The notes below the pieces were generated by a model. The model made no database searches. It saw only the letters and a program-made list of their open reading frames with translations, and had not been told where the DNA came from. The translations under genes were made by a program, and so were the position numbers. From Chromera velia (taxonomy: Eukaryota): a DNA stretch of 64,000 nt. The stretch spans positions 62,001 through 126,000 of the forward strand of contig JAHBMJ010000201.1 of the NCBI GenBank assembly GCA_018398765.1, written 5' to 3'. Below are positions 10,501 to 25,198 of the stretch, piece by piece. The first letter of the stretch is position 1. Each line of letters starts with the position of its first letter.

Positions 10501-11542
10501 CGAGTGGTCAGTGCAACAGAGGAACAAAGAGTCGAAGCACGCCCCGTGTCCGGCATGGTCCAGATCGTCGTGGGGTTCCCATCTGAAGGAAGGAAGGAAC
10601 GAAGGAAGGAAGGAAGGAAGGAAGGAAGGGAAGGGAACGGGAAGAGATATCAGAGGAGAGTCAGGCAGGAGGAGGGGGAGTATTTGTTGAGGGTGAGCCG
10701 AAGCAAGAGGCAACGGAGGAAGGATGAGTAATCTGAAGGCAAACTCGATGGATACAGGGCGAGTCTGCAAGCGGCTTGTCACGAATTTGGTAGAGATACT
10801 GGCAGGGAGACGTATAAAGAGTCAGAGGGAAGGAGTGGGGAAAATATTGGACTGCTTGCGTGTCCGTATGATTGACTGAAGATTGATGGAAGAACTGACC
10901 GTGTACGTGCAGCAATGAGGTCGGTGATCCAATCTTTGATCGACGTCGTTCCTCTGCACGCGAAGACGAGGATGGATCCGTCATTGGACAGGGCTGCGTA
11001 TGCCTGAGTGTCCGTGTGGGCCTCGTCAATGAACTTTTTCAGACTGAACAAGACTGGCTCCTCTCCTTCCTCTTTGCAGATGCCCTTCTCCTCTAGGGTG
11101 ACCCTGAGGCCCTTCGCACTGTAGACAGAAGGAACCCCAAAGCCGTCAGGACTCTCCACTTCCTCTCCGGTCTCCGGGTCCACCACCAGGCCGCCCTTCT
11201 CACCCACAGTAGAGGCCTCAAAGATCTCGCTGTCTTCCTCGTTCAGGTACGCTGCATGCATGCATGCATGCATAGGCAGAGAAGTTGCAACAGGTCTGTT
11301 AGTGCACGCAAGAGCACTTGTTATGGATATTTCACATGGTCTCAGGCACTGCCGTTCGTTCTCTGAGCGGTACATATGCAACAGAAATAGTATGCGTGCA
11401 TACTCCCCTTGACTCGCATGCGAGCCTCCAACCAACCTGCAAGCGTCAATGCAGAAAGAAAAGGCGCCTCCTCACAGACGTCCTTCATCTGCTGTTTGGA
11501 CGCCCCCGCCTTTAGGCTGATGTTCGTGCGGGAGGCGGACAT
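7191..11542 (-). CDS. Class 3 (fungal-type) lipase, ~10 exons
   Basis: Spliced GT-AG exons give the Lipase_3 motifs in order: LTLAAY (exon1/2 junction), VFACRGT..IKDWITD (~10920-10970), VHLGFYSAF (~10160-10185), GHSLGGALA (~9805-9830), FTLGAPR|VG (~9300), RVVNHFDVVTMVPP (~8685-8730), GFLH, and a C-terminal HEHLPPNYL; stop at 7191. Confidence 0.92.
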
Positions 11543-11819
11543 CTCTCCTCGATCCCTCGCTCTTCCTGCCCGTCTACGTGACTTGCCTCAATGAACTGGT
11601 TTGAGGATCTTTGGATACGACCTTCATCACACTTCAAGGAAATGAGATGAGCTCGGTCAAAACTGCGGCGATGCGATCTCTTGACGCAAATGTGACCTGC
11701 CCGTTGAAGACGGTGCAGCTGCCCCCCGAGGCGATGTCGGCCGTCCGATGACCAGAATCGAGCACCTCATGCACGAGCTCACTGCATGAACTCGTCGCGC
11801 GGTCAGTCAGTAAATGCTG

Positions 11820-11945
11820 TAAGGCCCGCGGGGGCCCAGGCATTGAAGAGTCCGCGGAGAGTGCCCCGGCATCCCGACCCTAAATCGGCGCTGACGCGGG
11901 CCCGCGGCCGTATATGGAAGTTTGCATGCATGCATGACACGCAGG
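11820..11945. promoter_or_regulatory. GC-rich block with TATATGGAAGTT-TGCATGCATGCATG in the divergent promoter lipase / 12214 ORF
   Basis: CpG-dense segment plus tandem TGCA at 11923-11936 between divergent start codons 11542 and 12214. Confidence 0.55.
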
Positions 11946-12213
11946 CGCGATTGTCTCAATTTGTCTGACCTTGATTCATTTCAGTCAGAATCATCTGACT
12001 GCATGGAGTCACTGGACGTCTTTGAAAATCTCTGACAGTTGAAAACTGCGAGTTGGATCCGTTGGGACGTATTGAAGCTGCGTGATCTTCTGACGTTGCT
12101 TCTGGTCTTTTCAGCCATCGGATACGAACTTATAGAAACCGCACCTCGAGACTGTATTGGGTCCGAAGGTGGCTCCTCAACCTACATCTCGCGCACCCGT
12201 AAATATCGTGAGC

Positions 12214-13476
12214 ATGCAGCCCTCTGACGAGGCAAGCTCGTCTTCAAGCTCTGCCCACCAACCCCTTCACATTTACCCCTTCGTGTTTCTGCAACGCAAT
12301 CCTCTCGTCTGGTTGACTGAGGAATCGGCCCTCCACCAAACACTGGAAGGGGAGGATGGAGGAGACGAAGGTGCTGAGGTTGGGACCGTGCAAGACCACC
12401 AGCATGCTCTCACGGTGGGGGAACTGCAAAAGCGCAAGCTCGCAAAACTGTTGGATGTTCGTTTGGGCACGCTGAAATTTCCATCTAAGGTTTCCCTGAA
12501 GGCCCTTTTCAGATTTCCCTCCAGCGGCTCCGTCCCTCTCGACCTCCTCGTCAAGGAGAGGCAGTCGGTCGTCCTTCTAATAGACCCCTCCTTAGCCAGG
12601 AGTCTGGCGACACATCCGGACAGACAGCTGATCTCCGCCCTCAATTCAAAGTCCGTCATGAGGCTTTCTGCCTTTTTCCATCAAGCACAACCACTGGTGC
12701 TGTTGCAGAAGAACCCAACACGGAACAGCTGTGTCGTCATGGAAGAACTTGAGAGGAGAAGGCTAGCGAGGCTCGGTACAAGTGAGGACCAGCCACTGCT
12801 CATTGAGTCCCTCTGCCACGGCTGCAATAGAACCAGGCCGATTGCAGGGGAGCCAAAAGAAGCTCAGGGATTGTCTCTGCACTCGCGTTCTCTCTGGAGA
12901 TGTAATGCTTGCAGGGGTGATCCAGAAAATTGCCGTCTGGCCCGCAGAGCCATCGCTACTTTCCGTTTGGGCACGGCCGAATATTCCACACGCAGTCATG
13001 CGACACTCCTGAACATGCTGGTGCCTGCAATCAAACAGGGCCTAGCAGAGAGGACCGCGCTGGTTGCCTCTGCCCTTTCACCTTTGACCACAGGACAGTA
13101 CCTTGAGAATGCCATCAAGGCCAGAAGGCTCGGTGTGGTTGCTTCTGTTCTCTCTGCCACAGACCCGAAATGTCTTTCCACGGTGTTGGCAAAAGCGGCA
13201 ACCCGTTGGCAGAACGACGGTTTGCTCTTTGGAGAAATCAGAACGCTTCTCAAAGAGGCCCAGGAGGCAGCACGCGGAACCGAGACGAAGAAGGGAAATG
13301 CCTCTGAAGCATCTGCACGCTGGTGGTTGATCCTGTGCAAACGTGCCGGGAAGGACGCAGCTCTTCCCATCAGATTGACTGAACTGGTTGCCTCCTTTGT
13401 TTTCAGTAGGGATGCAGAACGGTTGATTCATTTGCTCAGAGGAGTTCTTTTACGAACTGAGTGTATGTTGATCTAG
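12214..13476 (+). CDS. Intronless hypothetical protein (~420 aa) with a CxxC...CxxC pair and helical C-half
   Basis: Long clean ORF (track 12157-13476, first ATG 12214); CHGC...CNAC; no family recognised with confidence. Confidence 0.75.
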   Translation: MQPSDEASSSSSSAHQPLHIYPFVFLQRNPLVWLTEESALHQTLEGEDGGDEGAEVGTVQDHQHALTVGELQKRKLAKLLDVRLGTLKFPSKVSLKALFRFPSSGSVPLDLLVKERQSVVLLIDPSLARSLATHPDRQLISALNSKSVMRLSAFFHQAQPLVLLQKNPTRNSCVVMEELERRRLARLGTSEDQPLLIESLCHGCNRTRPIAGEPKEAQGLSLHSRSLWRCNACRGDPENCRLARRAIATFRLGTAEYSTRSHATLLNMLVPAIKQGLAERTALVASALSPLTTGQYLENAIKARRLGVVASVLSATDPKCLSTVLAKAATRWQNDGLLFGEIRTLLKEAQEAARGTETKKGNASEASARWWLILCKRAGKDAALPIRLTELVASFVFSRDAERLIHLLRGVLLRTECMLI

Positions 13477-14124
13477 GGGTACTTCGTGGAATTTCATAAA
13501 CAGGTCCGCTCCTAAGATCGCGACCTCCCCTGATTTGTTGTCTGACAATGTCATTTTAGTCATCGCATGAGCCGGAATCTGTTGTCAGATTGCAGCTGAG
13601 CTGTGTTTATTACAGTGCTTAAGCCGTTGGGCATGAAAACTCCAGGACACACCATTCAAAAAGTTTAATAAACGTGAACTCGGCGTTAATTACTGGACAT
13701 GAAACTAGGTGCACGATAGCGTGACACAACATTGTTGTTAATTGTTGTACATTATCGTACATTGTTGTGTATTCTGGTGTATTCTTGTAGATTGTCAAAC
13801 AATATTGTAATACAATTGACTATATTAATAAAATTTTGAGAGACAATATTAAAAAGTGAACTAAAGTGAACTAACAGTGTCTAATGCCTAGGTCGTTCAA
13901 TTCACACGGTTCAAAAACAAAGAAAAAAACAGTTAATTTTAAAGACGATTAAAGGCGAGCTAGATTAAATAGGCTAAAAACAGAGTAATAAAAAATGAGG
14001 TAAAATGAACCTTCAAATGGTACTGCGGTAGCTAGTTCCTTCTAGTTCCTTCGTTTAACTGTAGGTTTCTAATGTATTGTCTTGGTATTGTTTAGTATTG
14101 TCATCTGTTATAGTGGTATATAGT

Positions 14125-14400
14125 GGGCGCCTACCAGGTCCCCGGGAACGGGGGGAGGGGGTCGAGGTTTTTCTCGGCACGCGCCCAGGGCTTTTGCGGA
14201 GCGCCGGGGGGGGTCCGGAGCAGCTTGAAAGGGCCGCGGGAGTCGGGCCGGTCGGCGTTGGCTAGCATGCAAAGGTGCATGTACGTGGGCCCGGCGGGCC
14301 TTGAGCCTTTAAATTTCGGGGCCGGCCGCCGGCTCCGCGCCCGCGCGGCCCGGGCCTCGATCAGGGCCGCGGCCTTCGCGTGCACAAAAGCCGCCCCACC
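14125..14400. promoter_or_regulatory. Very GC/CpG-rich block at the AT-island boundary upstream of the zinc-repeat gene
   Basis: Abrupt switch from AT-rich to GC-rich; contains GCATGC, TGCATG and an embedded CCTTTAAATTT. Confidence 0.5.
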
Positions 14401-15060
14401 AAAATTGTCAAAAGAGGGAGTCCCAACAAACTTCTATATAGAAACAGAGACATCGTGAGACGGAGAGGACACAAACAATTCCTCGAACGTTGCCATAGCA
14501 TTTGCAAATGTCCCCCCATAATACATGAGGGAAAGCGCTTTGCAATCGACACTATTTGTGACACGATCGAAAGCTTTGTGTGCTTCTACGACCCACCAGT
14601 GAATTCCAGTTAATTGCCACGAGAGTTTTTCGCACCGAAGAAGAGGAAATTGACCCGACCCACTGCATTGAACGTTGATCTAATTTGTGTCTCCGTCCTT
14701 CTTTGCACGTGCTGTCAACACGGCAGTTTCGTGTCGGTCGTGAGGAGGAGGGAACGAACGACTGCTTGTCCAACAAACGACTTCCACCATGGGTCAGCGA
14801 CAAGATTTCTTTCGGCACCCCTTGTTTTCCTGGCAAAACAGCTTGGACTCTTTCTTCCTATGATATTTGATTGCGTGAGATCAGCAAGACTGAAGGTTTT
14901 TGCTTGTGTCGTTGGATCAGAGAAGTCCCATGTCTTTTCTTTCTGTTTGGGTTTTTCTGTTGTCGCCGAGAATGTTGCCAAAATTGATGTTGTTGTGTCT
15001 CCAGGAAATTCTCCTTCATACTTGCTTTTCTGCGTGGAGGGTGCTTCCTTGCCGTCAGGG

Positions 15061-16976
15061 ATGGAGCCTCCCTCGAACAAGAATGCCGGCCCAAAGAAAT
15101 TGCGGAATGTCCTATTCGGATCTAGTTTTACAATCTGGCACCCTTTGGTGTATCCACCTAGATGTATGGTTGGAAGTTTCAAATGATCGCATTCTTTCTG
15201 TCTGTGCTTTGTTTCTCAGCAGAGAGACTTCCCTCGGTCTTCCAGGGTTTCTCCTTGTCCGGAAGCAACGTGAACTCCGGCGGTAGCGGCTTCCGCTTTT
15301 CCAGTGGGCAGGCTGCTGCTGCCCCTGCTGCTGCCGCTCCGTCTGCTGCTGCTGCTGCTCCGGCCGCTGCTGCTCCTGGTTCCTCCAACCCTCTCCCTCC
15401 TGCGCCCGCCCCCGCGCCCGAACCTTGGCGTCCCTCTGGCAAGAAGGGTCGTCCCCCAAAACGCGAGAACCGTCCTCCCGCCGCCGCACTCTGTGACCAC
15501 GGCAAGCGTAAATACGATTGCAAGGCGTGCGGAGGTTCAGCCTTCTGCCCCTGTGGGAAGTACAAGAGCCGCTGCCTCACGTGCGGGGGGAGTGGTATCT
15601 GCGAGCACGGCAAAAGGAAGGAGAGGTGCGTCGAGTGTGGTGGGAGACACCTGTGCCCCCACAAGAAGCGTCGAGACCTCTGCAGAGCGTGTGGAGGTTC
15701 GCAGTTTTGCGAGCATGAGAAGATCAGAAGAAACTGCAAAGAGTGCAAAGGGGCAAACCTGTGCGTGCACGGTAGGATGAAGAGACTGTGCAAGGAGGGG
15801 TGTGGGGGGTCAGCGCTCTGTGTCCACGGTAAGGAGAAGCGGCGGTGCCGCGAATGTGTGACTCCAGGAGAGCGTGGAAGCGCCTTCTGTGTCCACAAGA
15901 AGTGGAGGGGGTACTGCAGCGAGGAAGGGTGTGACCGTCGTTATCTCTGCGAACACGACAAGGATAAGTCCAAGTGCAAAGTGTGCAACCCAGACAAGTA
16001 CTGTGTACATGGAAGGACGAAGGCAAGGTGTAGGGAGTGTGGGGGTGAGGCGTTTTGCGAACACGGGAAGGACAAGCGGTTTTGCAAGACGTGCGATGGG
16101 AAAGCAATCTGCGAGCATGGGAACAACAAATACAGATGCCGCAAGTGCGGCTCCCCCGCCTTCTGCCAGCAACACAAGCGCGACAAGCGCACGTGCCGCC
16201 TCTGCTGGTCCCTCGGTCATTGCGACCACGGCATTCCCCGCTGTCAGTGCCCGACATGCTGCTTCATCCGCCGCAAACCTCGCCAGCTCCAGAAGAAGGA
16301 GCAGCAGCGTCTCGATGAGTATGAGACCTCCGATGACTCTGAATTCGAGCAGAGAAAGGCCAACCGCTCTCCCCCTGCGAGTGAGATGGGCGCAGAGGAT
16401 CTGAATGATCTCCTCGAGGATCTGGAGAGGGGTGGGAGGGATGAGGAGTTCAGTGGGGGGGAGGACCGGGGAAGGAAGCGAGACCGTTCTCCGGGTGTCG
16501 AGGCCCGAAGTGAGGGGGATTGGGAGGGTGATGGTGAGGGGGATGGGGAGGAAGAGGTGGAGCAACGGAAGAGGATGAAGGGGGGGGGTGAAGATGGAGA
16601 AGGGGGGGAGGGGCATGAGAACACGCATGGGAGTGCTTGTGCTTCTGCTAGTTCGTCTTCCTCTTCCTCTTCCTCTGCCCACGCTCCCGCAAAGGCAGAG
16701 GAGGCAGAGGTTGTCCAGGGTCCGTCTCCGTCTCCTGCCGCCTCCTCTGGGGCAGAGTTTCCCCCTGCCTTTGGTGTCCCTTCCTCCGTGGGAGGGGACT
16801 GCCCTCCTGCTGCCCTCGTTCCTTCCTCTTCTTCTGCTGCCGCATCTGTCCGCACCCGCACAGAGGAGACAGAAATGCCCCACGCCTCCTCCTCCTCTCG
16901 TGCCGCTTCCTCTCGTGGAGCGTCTCCCCCTGCCGTTGGAGGGGGGGGTCCCGGCCTTCTGCTAAGTAGAGAGTAG
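15061..16976 (+). CDS. Tandem Cys/His zinc-binding repeat protein (14 x ~18-aa CxH-x6-CxxC-GG) with AT-hook-like motif and acidic disordered tail
   Basis: Repeats such as CEHGKRKERCVECGG from 15492 to ~16259; KKGRPPKR just upstream. Proposed exon 1 15061-15163 and 56-nt GT-AG intron 15164-15219 keep frame; the 5' end is less certain than the main exon. Confidence 0.88.
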
Positions 16977-19827
16977 AGAGAAAGCTTAGGGGGAGAGGGG
17001 GGGGCAATGGGGTTTGGTAGAAGAAAAGGTGCAGGGGGGGGGGGATCGACATTGCTCGACGCTCTGTTTCGAACGATCGAGCGATATATGGGCGCGCCGT
17101 TTTTTCTTTTTCCTGCCCTGCCCGCTTTGTGGCACTTCCGCCCTTTTCTCTCTGTGCTTCTTGATTGTTCTTCTGTTCTTGGGCGGGAGAGGAGAGGAGG
17201 GATGTTTCGCCCTCGAATCCTTTTCTTCTCTCTGGGTTTCTTTTCTGTTTCTTTCTTCTTCCATCGCTTCTTCCCATCCTTCACTCCCTGGTGCTGCAAA
17301 TTAAATGAAGAGAGGACCTGCTGAAGAAGAATCACTTCTTACAAAGAAAGCACACACCCTAGGGAGGAGAGGAAAGAAGATGGATGAGCGGTAAGAAGAA
17401 AGAAAAGAAAAGACAAGAGAAGGACGGAGGCTTCGGACGGTCGTGAGTGAGTGCGGCAATTTGAGCAAGAAGAAAATCGAATCAGTATCTCTGTCCTTTC
17501 ATTCCCTCCCTCCTTTCACTTGTGGCTCATTTCTTCCAATCCTTCCTACCTGCTCTTGGCTCCTTCTTGGACAGAAGAGAGCAGACAAGGGACTTAGGTA
17601 GCAGAGAAACGTATACAGTGCAAATCTGGTAAAAAAAAAATGAACGTGCAGCAACCAAAGGGAGTCCAAAGTGAACGAGAAAAAATGACGGAACAACGTG
17701 CCTGCATGGCCTTTTTCTCCTTTCCTTCTTTCCTGCATGCCGTCACTGGACGGTTCTCCCTTTTCTCTCTTGTCCTCTACTATTCTTGATCCGTGCTTGT
17801 CTTCTCCTTTCCCCGTCTCTCATCGCCATTTGCACTTTTCGAACGTGTGTCTTCTTCCTTCCTTGTCCAAAGTGTCAAGAAGAAGAAGAAAAGAGTCCAG
17901 ACTTTTTTTTTTTTCAACTCAATCTCTGTTTCCCCGTCCCCGTTCCTGTCTTCTCTTTCCCCCCTCCTGTCCTGCGTACGTTGTTGTGCGTGCATAGTTG
18001 GGAGTTCTCCTGTTGTAACTACACCTTCAACCAGGCAGCTGTCATCACTGTTCTAATTAACTTACGCCTCTCCTTCTCCTTCCCTGTCTTTCTTTGCGAT
18101 TGACCGACAGCATGCTTGGGAAAGAAGAATCGGCCCCTGAAGAAGGAAAAGGGACGGAGAGGGAGAAAAGGCAGATAATCGATTCTGTCCTTCCCATTAC
18201 TCGTCTTCCTTTCAGTTATAGCCGGGCTTTTTCGATTCTTCCCTCACATGCAGGTCCCCCCCTTGTTAATTCCTTCGTTGACAGATCCTTCCTTCGAAGA
18301 GGGCAGGCAGGCATGCAGGAAGGAAGGAACTTGAAGGAAAACGGAAAAGCACTTTTCAGATAGGCCAATAACAAAGTGTAACGAAAACAGAACTCTTCCT
18401 ATTTCTTCTTTCTCCCTTTTCTCCCCTAGCTCTTTGGATTGATTCAGTCCTGTCATCTCCAGTAAATGCAACGGTGTGTCACACCGGCTTTCCAAAAGAA
18501 AGATTGCATGCACGCCGAGAGAGAGAATACCCGGGAAACTTTCGCTTCACCCCCTTCACCTTCGTTTTCCTTCTTCTCTCTTTCTGCTCATCCCTCCGTC
18601 ATTACATGCCCATGTCCTTGCTGTATAGTTCTCTTTTGAATTTTTTGTCAACCTGCTTGGCTGACGGTTGTCTCGTGAGCGTCCTTCCCGTCCCCATTCT
18701 CTCCCAGCTGCCTTCGTTTGTTTGGGTGGGACGACGGTCGTTCCGGTCGGACCTCGATAGAGAGAGTGGGGGGGAACGGCCGGAGGGAGCGGGGCTGTTC
18801 CAAAGAAAGCTGCTGCGCTCACTTAATTAATTCAGTTCTTCTTCGTTAATGGACCGCAGAGGCGCGCAGAGGAAGGCCGGACAGAGGGCGCATCCGGGGG
18901 TGCGCAGTGGAACGCCGAAAGGAAGCAAAGAGAAAAGACAAGGCAAAGCAGAGGGCTTGCAGAGAGACAAAAAGGAAAAATCGTCGGTTCTCTCTTTTTC
19001 TCTTTTCTCTCCGGCATACCGACTCAGGGCAGCAGATGCTGTTTTACCCTTTAGCCGCCCCGGTCCTCCTGTCCCTTCTTCTTCCTTTCCTCTTCTTTCT
19101 CTTTTTGTCTCTCTCAGTCAATGTAAGTCCTCGTCTACGCCGATTGAATGTTTTTGGGCGTTCCTGCGTATGTTCCTTGCTGTCGTGTCGGTTGTTTCGA
19201 ATATTTGTCTGTCACGTTCCTTTCTGATGGGAACAGAGATCGACAGGCAAAACTGTTGGGTCACAGACAGACACACACACACACCGAGAGGGAGAGAGAG
19301 AGAGAGCCAGAGACAGAGACAGACAGATGGAGAGGGAAGGAGAGAACCACGAGCAAGAAACGCCCGTGCCTCCTCCCCTATCTGACGGGAATGCGGAAAG
19401 AGAAGAAAAAGCAAACAAACAGAAGGAGAGAAACGCTCCGACCATCGTGGCTGGGGAGTCACTTCTCTCTCGGAGGGAAGTCTCTTCACATGATCGAAGG
19501 TGTTCTTTGTGTTGCTTCCTCTTTTTCTTTCGTTCTGTCAGTTGTCCCTTCCATCATTTCCGTTTTTCTAATTGTGCTTTTTCTCTGCACACTCCACAGC
19601 ATGGCACAGCGTTCTTGAAATTCTAATCCTTCGCGGTTCCTCAATAGCCGACGATACGATTACACATGCATCACGCGAAATATATATATATATATATATA
19701 GAAAGATACTTTCTGGACCAAACTTGTGTCCTACGAAAGCTGCATGAGCGTGATTGGCCGGAAAGTGGAAAGCGGAAGAATCGATAAATTCAATATTATA
19801 CGACGATACTTATCGATTAATATTCAA

Positions 19828-20106
19828 CTACACTGGAACTATAGTGTATCACAATGAGAATTTCTAGAACCTTTTTTGTAATACAATAATTGTGATATTA
19901 AAAACTTAATTTTGATTGATTTAATTAAATCACACTTATTTTAAAGTTAGGATTAGGATTAGGCCGCTGAGGATTAATGTCCGGAGGATTGGCCTCCCGC
20001 CCCAATGCCGAATGTCCGACGTGCGGCTTGGTTGTGTCACTGGTACTATAGTATGTGGGGTATTCTATTATAATTGGAATTGTGCCACACTATAGTTTCA
20101 GTGTAG
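19828..20106. mobile_element. MITE-like element, 279 bp, 28-bp TIRs, 6-bp TSD ATTCAA
   Basis: CTACACTGGAACTATAGTGTATCACAAT (19828-19855) vs reverse complement of 20079-20106: 25/28; ATTCAA at 19822-19827 and 20107-20112; internal TTAGGA repeats at ~19947-19964. Confidence 0.8.
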
Positions 20107-20295
20107 ATTCAACAATCTTTTAGAAAACTTTATATACAGTACAATAAAAGGTAGAATGAAAACTAGGTGTGATCTGTAAATTTATTTTTATAATAAAGTC
20201 TGACCACAGACTTTAGACTTTAAAACTTCTTTGATTTTAAAAATTTAAAAAGTGACTGTCTGTAACTGTGTATGACTGTTTCTGACTCTTTCAGT

Positions 20296-22660
<2,365 letters not shown>

Positions 22661-23454
22661 GCATTGCCGTGCGTCCCGCTGAATGAAATTTCTTTTGTCT
22701 GAATTCTTTATGAACATATTTGGAAATTGGAAGCAATTTAGCAGACAATACATGTATTTTCTGTGTGTATGTTCTTATAAAATTGCAGCTAATTGCAGCT
22801 CCCAAGATTGAAGTACCAGTGCACAGACAGATGCAGACCGACTGAGTTATGTGAGCAACTTATCTCTTTCTAATTTGAGAATAACTCCTAAAACCATTCA
22901 AAAACTAAAAAAAAACATTCTTAATTTACCTAACAAAACTTTTAATTTTTGCGCATTCACAATTATAATTATTATTGAACGACCTTCATTGCCAATCTGA
23001 GATAGTCTGGGTATATTGGTATGTGATTTGTTTTCTAAAAGCTCAATAAGGCGGTCGCTAAAGTAATGAAAATATACTAAAGATCTAGCTAAAAATAGTA
23101 AAAAGTTTTACGCTTAAGAATTTTATTCTCTTTGCTGCTAATTCTTTTATAGTTTTTATGGGCTCTTATATACTTTTATGAGTGATAAACAATGAGTCAA
23201 AGTATTTAATAATGCACTCTAATGATCAGCCATATAATTTGACATCATAGATACTGTTTTTCTAAAAATTTGTCAGGCTCTCAATCTTCTTTTATTGTCT
23301 AAAATGTTGTGAAACAGGCCTAGGCAGAACACCTGATATCGTGTGAACTAACAACCGGTATGTTGGGATGTGCTATGCATAGCTATGCATACACGAACCC
23401 TCAAGTTATTTTTCGACAGCCTTCTGCAAGAACAAGGTGGGGTGGTGACGCCAG

Positions 23455-23575
23455 GGATCCGCCACAGCTTGTATATACGCGGGCCCCGGCGGGCTGCGGG
23501 CCAGGCGCGCGCGCTGCAGAAATTTAAGGCCCCGGCACGCGCTTCTGTAGTGTCGCGGTCAGTCATGCATGCAGA
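23455..23575 (+). promoter_or_regulatory. GC-rich promoter-like block with GTATATAC, AAATTTAAGG and CATGCATGCA
   Basis: At the AT-island boundary ~340 bp upstream of ATG 23914. Confidence 0.5.
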
Positions 23576-23913
23576 CACTTCAATTCGATCTTTGATCGGA
23601 TACGAAAACCGCCGAATTCTGTCCAGGTCTGCGGCTTGTCAAGCGGCTGGCTTCCTCTTCAGTGCAAAACATATCAGCTTATAGAATCCTCTGTTGTTTC
23701 CACGGGTAGGTGGGCAGACAGGATCGCCCGAAGAGCTGTTCATAGAAGGATTTCTGCGTTCGTCTCATAGCACTTTGTTGGAAACGTCACTCAATCTGTC
23801 CTGTTATCAGACTGACATCTTTTCTTCCTGGAAACTGAAAGCTCAGCCGCCCTTGTTCCCCTGCAGTCCTCATTGCAAGGTATCCTTCAGGGGGCCGGCA
23901 CACCTCTCTTAGC

Positions 23914-25198
23914 ATGTTTTCCTCCGGCAGTGATCCCTTTGATGTGAAAGGAAGAAACCGTGCAGTGACTCACTTGGGGGTCTCTCTACCTCCACGAGAC
24001 TGGACACCCCCAGAGTCCCCTAAATTTGGCCCCAATGCAGCTCCTTTTTCCCCACCCCTGATGGCGCTACCAGTCTCCTCCTTCGACGAAAAGGGACGAT
24101 TCATCAAACCGAGGTCGAAGGCAGCGAAGAGACTCACTTGCCCGGTGCAGTTCTCTTCATCCGCCCCCGCAGGAACTGGAGGTCCCCTGGTGGAAAAGCA
24201 AGGAGACAGCTCTCTGTGGTAAGTCAGCAGGACCGTCTTATCCTCTTGTTCTCTCTCTCTCTGTTGCCCCCTTCCCCTCGTAATCTACCGTTGTAGGGGT
24301 CGCAGATACAATTCGAAAGACAGACTGAAGAGTCCGAAATTTGTTGTCATCCTTCTGACATCTGTGTGTGTGGCGTGCGTCTCCGTGTGCTTCCGCTTTG
24401 CCTTCACAGGCCCCGGCCCCTGGAGTCCCGTGGAGCGAGTGGATCTGTCTCGACTCAGCAGCCGGAGACGGAAGGGAGGGAGAGGGAAGACTGCGTGGGG
24501 CTCCATGGGGGAGACGGCGGCTTGGGGATTGAAGACTCCGACGACGAAGGCATTCTGCACGACTCGGCATGCCAGGTGGGGGGGGGNNNNNNGGGGGGGG
24601 GGGGGGGGAGGGTTGGCTCCCTGGAGGATTTTGGACAGGCAGGGAAGAGAAGAGAAGAGAAGAGAACTGTACTCAGGCGGGATGGCAGTGAGGTGCAGCA
24701 GCGTCACTTTTTTTCTTCTTAATTGCTTAGTGTGGTTGTTCTTTTGGGGGGGAAGTTTGTGTCATCTCCGCCTCTGCATGACATCGGCTGTGTGCCTCCT
24801 TTCCTGTTTGTTGGCTTCCACTGAACAGTCGTTGCAAACGTCCCCGTCATTTTTGTGGATGCGCTGACTGCTTGCAGTACGATCTGGACCTGACTGATGG
24901 TCTGGAGGGTCTGGCTGTTGACGACGACGACGACGAGGACGAAGAAGGGCAGAGCGAGGCAGAGGGAGAGGGCGTCGGGTGGGGACTGGACAAAGCGCTC
25001 CTGCAGCACGTGAGCGTGGCAAGCGCGACGTCGCCTTGCGGGTCCGCCAGCAGTGCGGGCAAGAGGGCGACGGCGTTTTCTTTCTACTCAGACTCCCTCT
25101 CTACCTCCCCCCTTCTGTCCCACTGCCTGAATCAAGTCCGCAAGGAGAGCCAGACTGCGGCGGCGGCATCGACGGCAGGAAATCCGGAGGGTCTCTAA
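23914..25198 (+). CDS. 3-exon hypothetical, largely disordered Pro/Ser/acidic protein
   Basis: Exons ~23914-24218, ~24410-24575, ~24878-25198 join in frame via GT-AG (…SSLW|PRPLES…SACQ|YDLDL…PEGL*). Confidence 0.72.

Noticed and set aside
14614..15186. 190-aa (+) and 155-aa (-) ORFs upstream of the zinc-repeat exon
   Set aside because: No recognisable motifs; best explained as 5' UTR/intron plus the short first exon at 15061.
15179..17335. Long minus-strand ORFs opposite the zinc-repeat gene
   Set aside because: Antisense shadows of a GC-rich coding exon.
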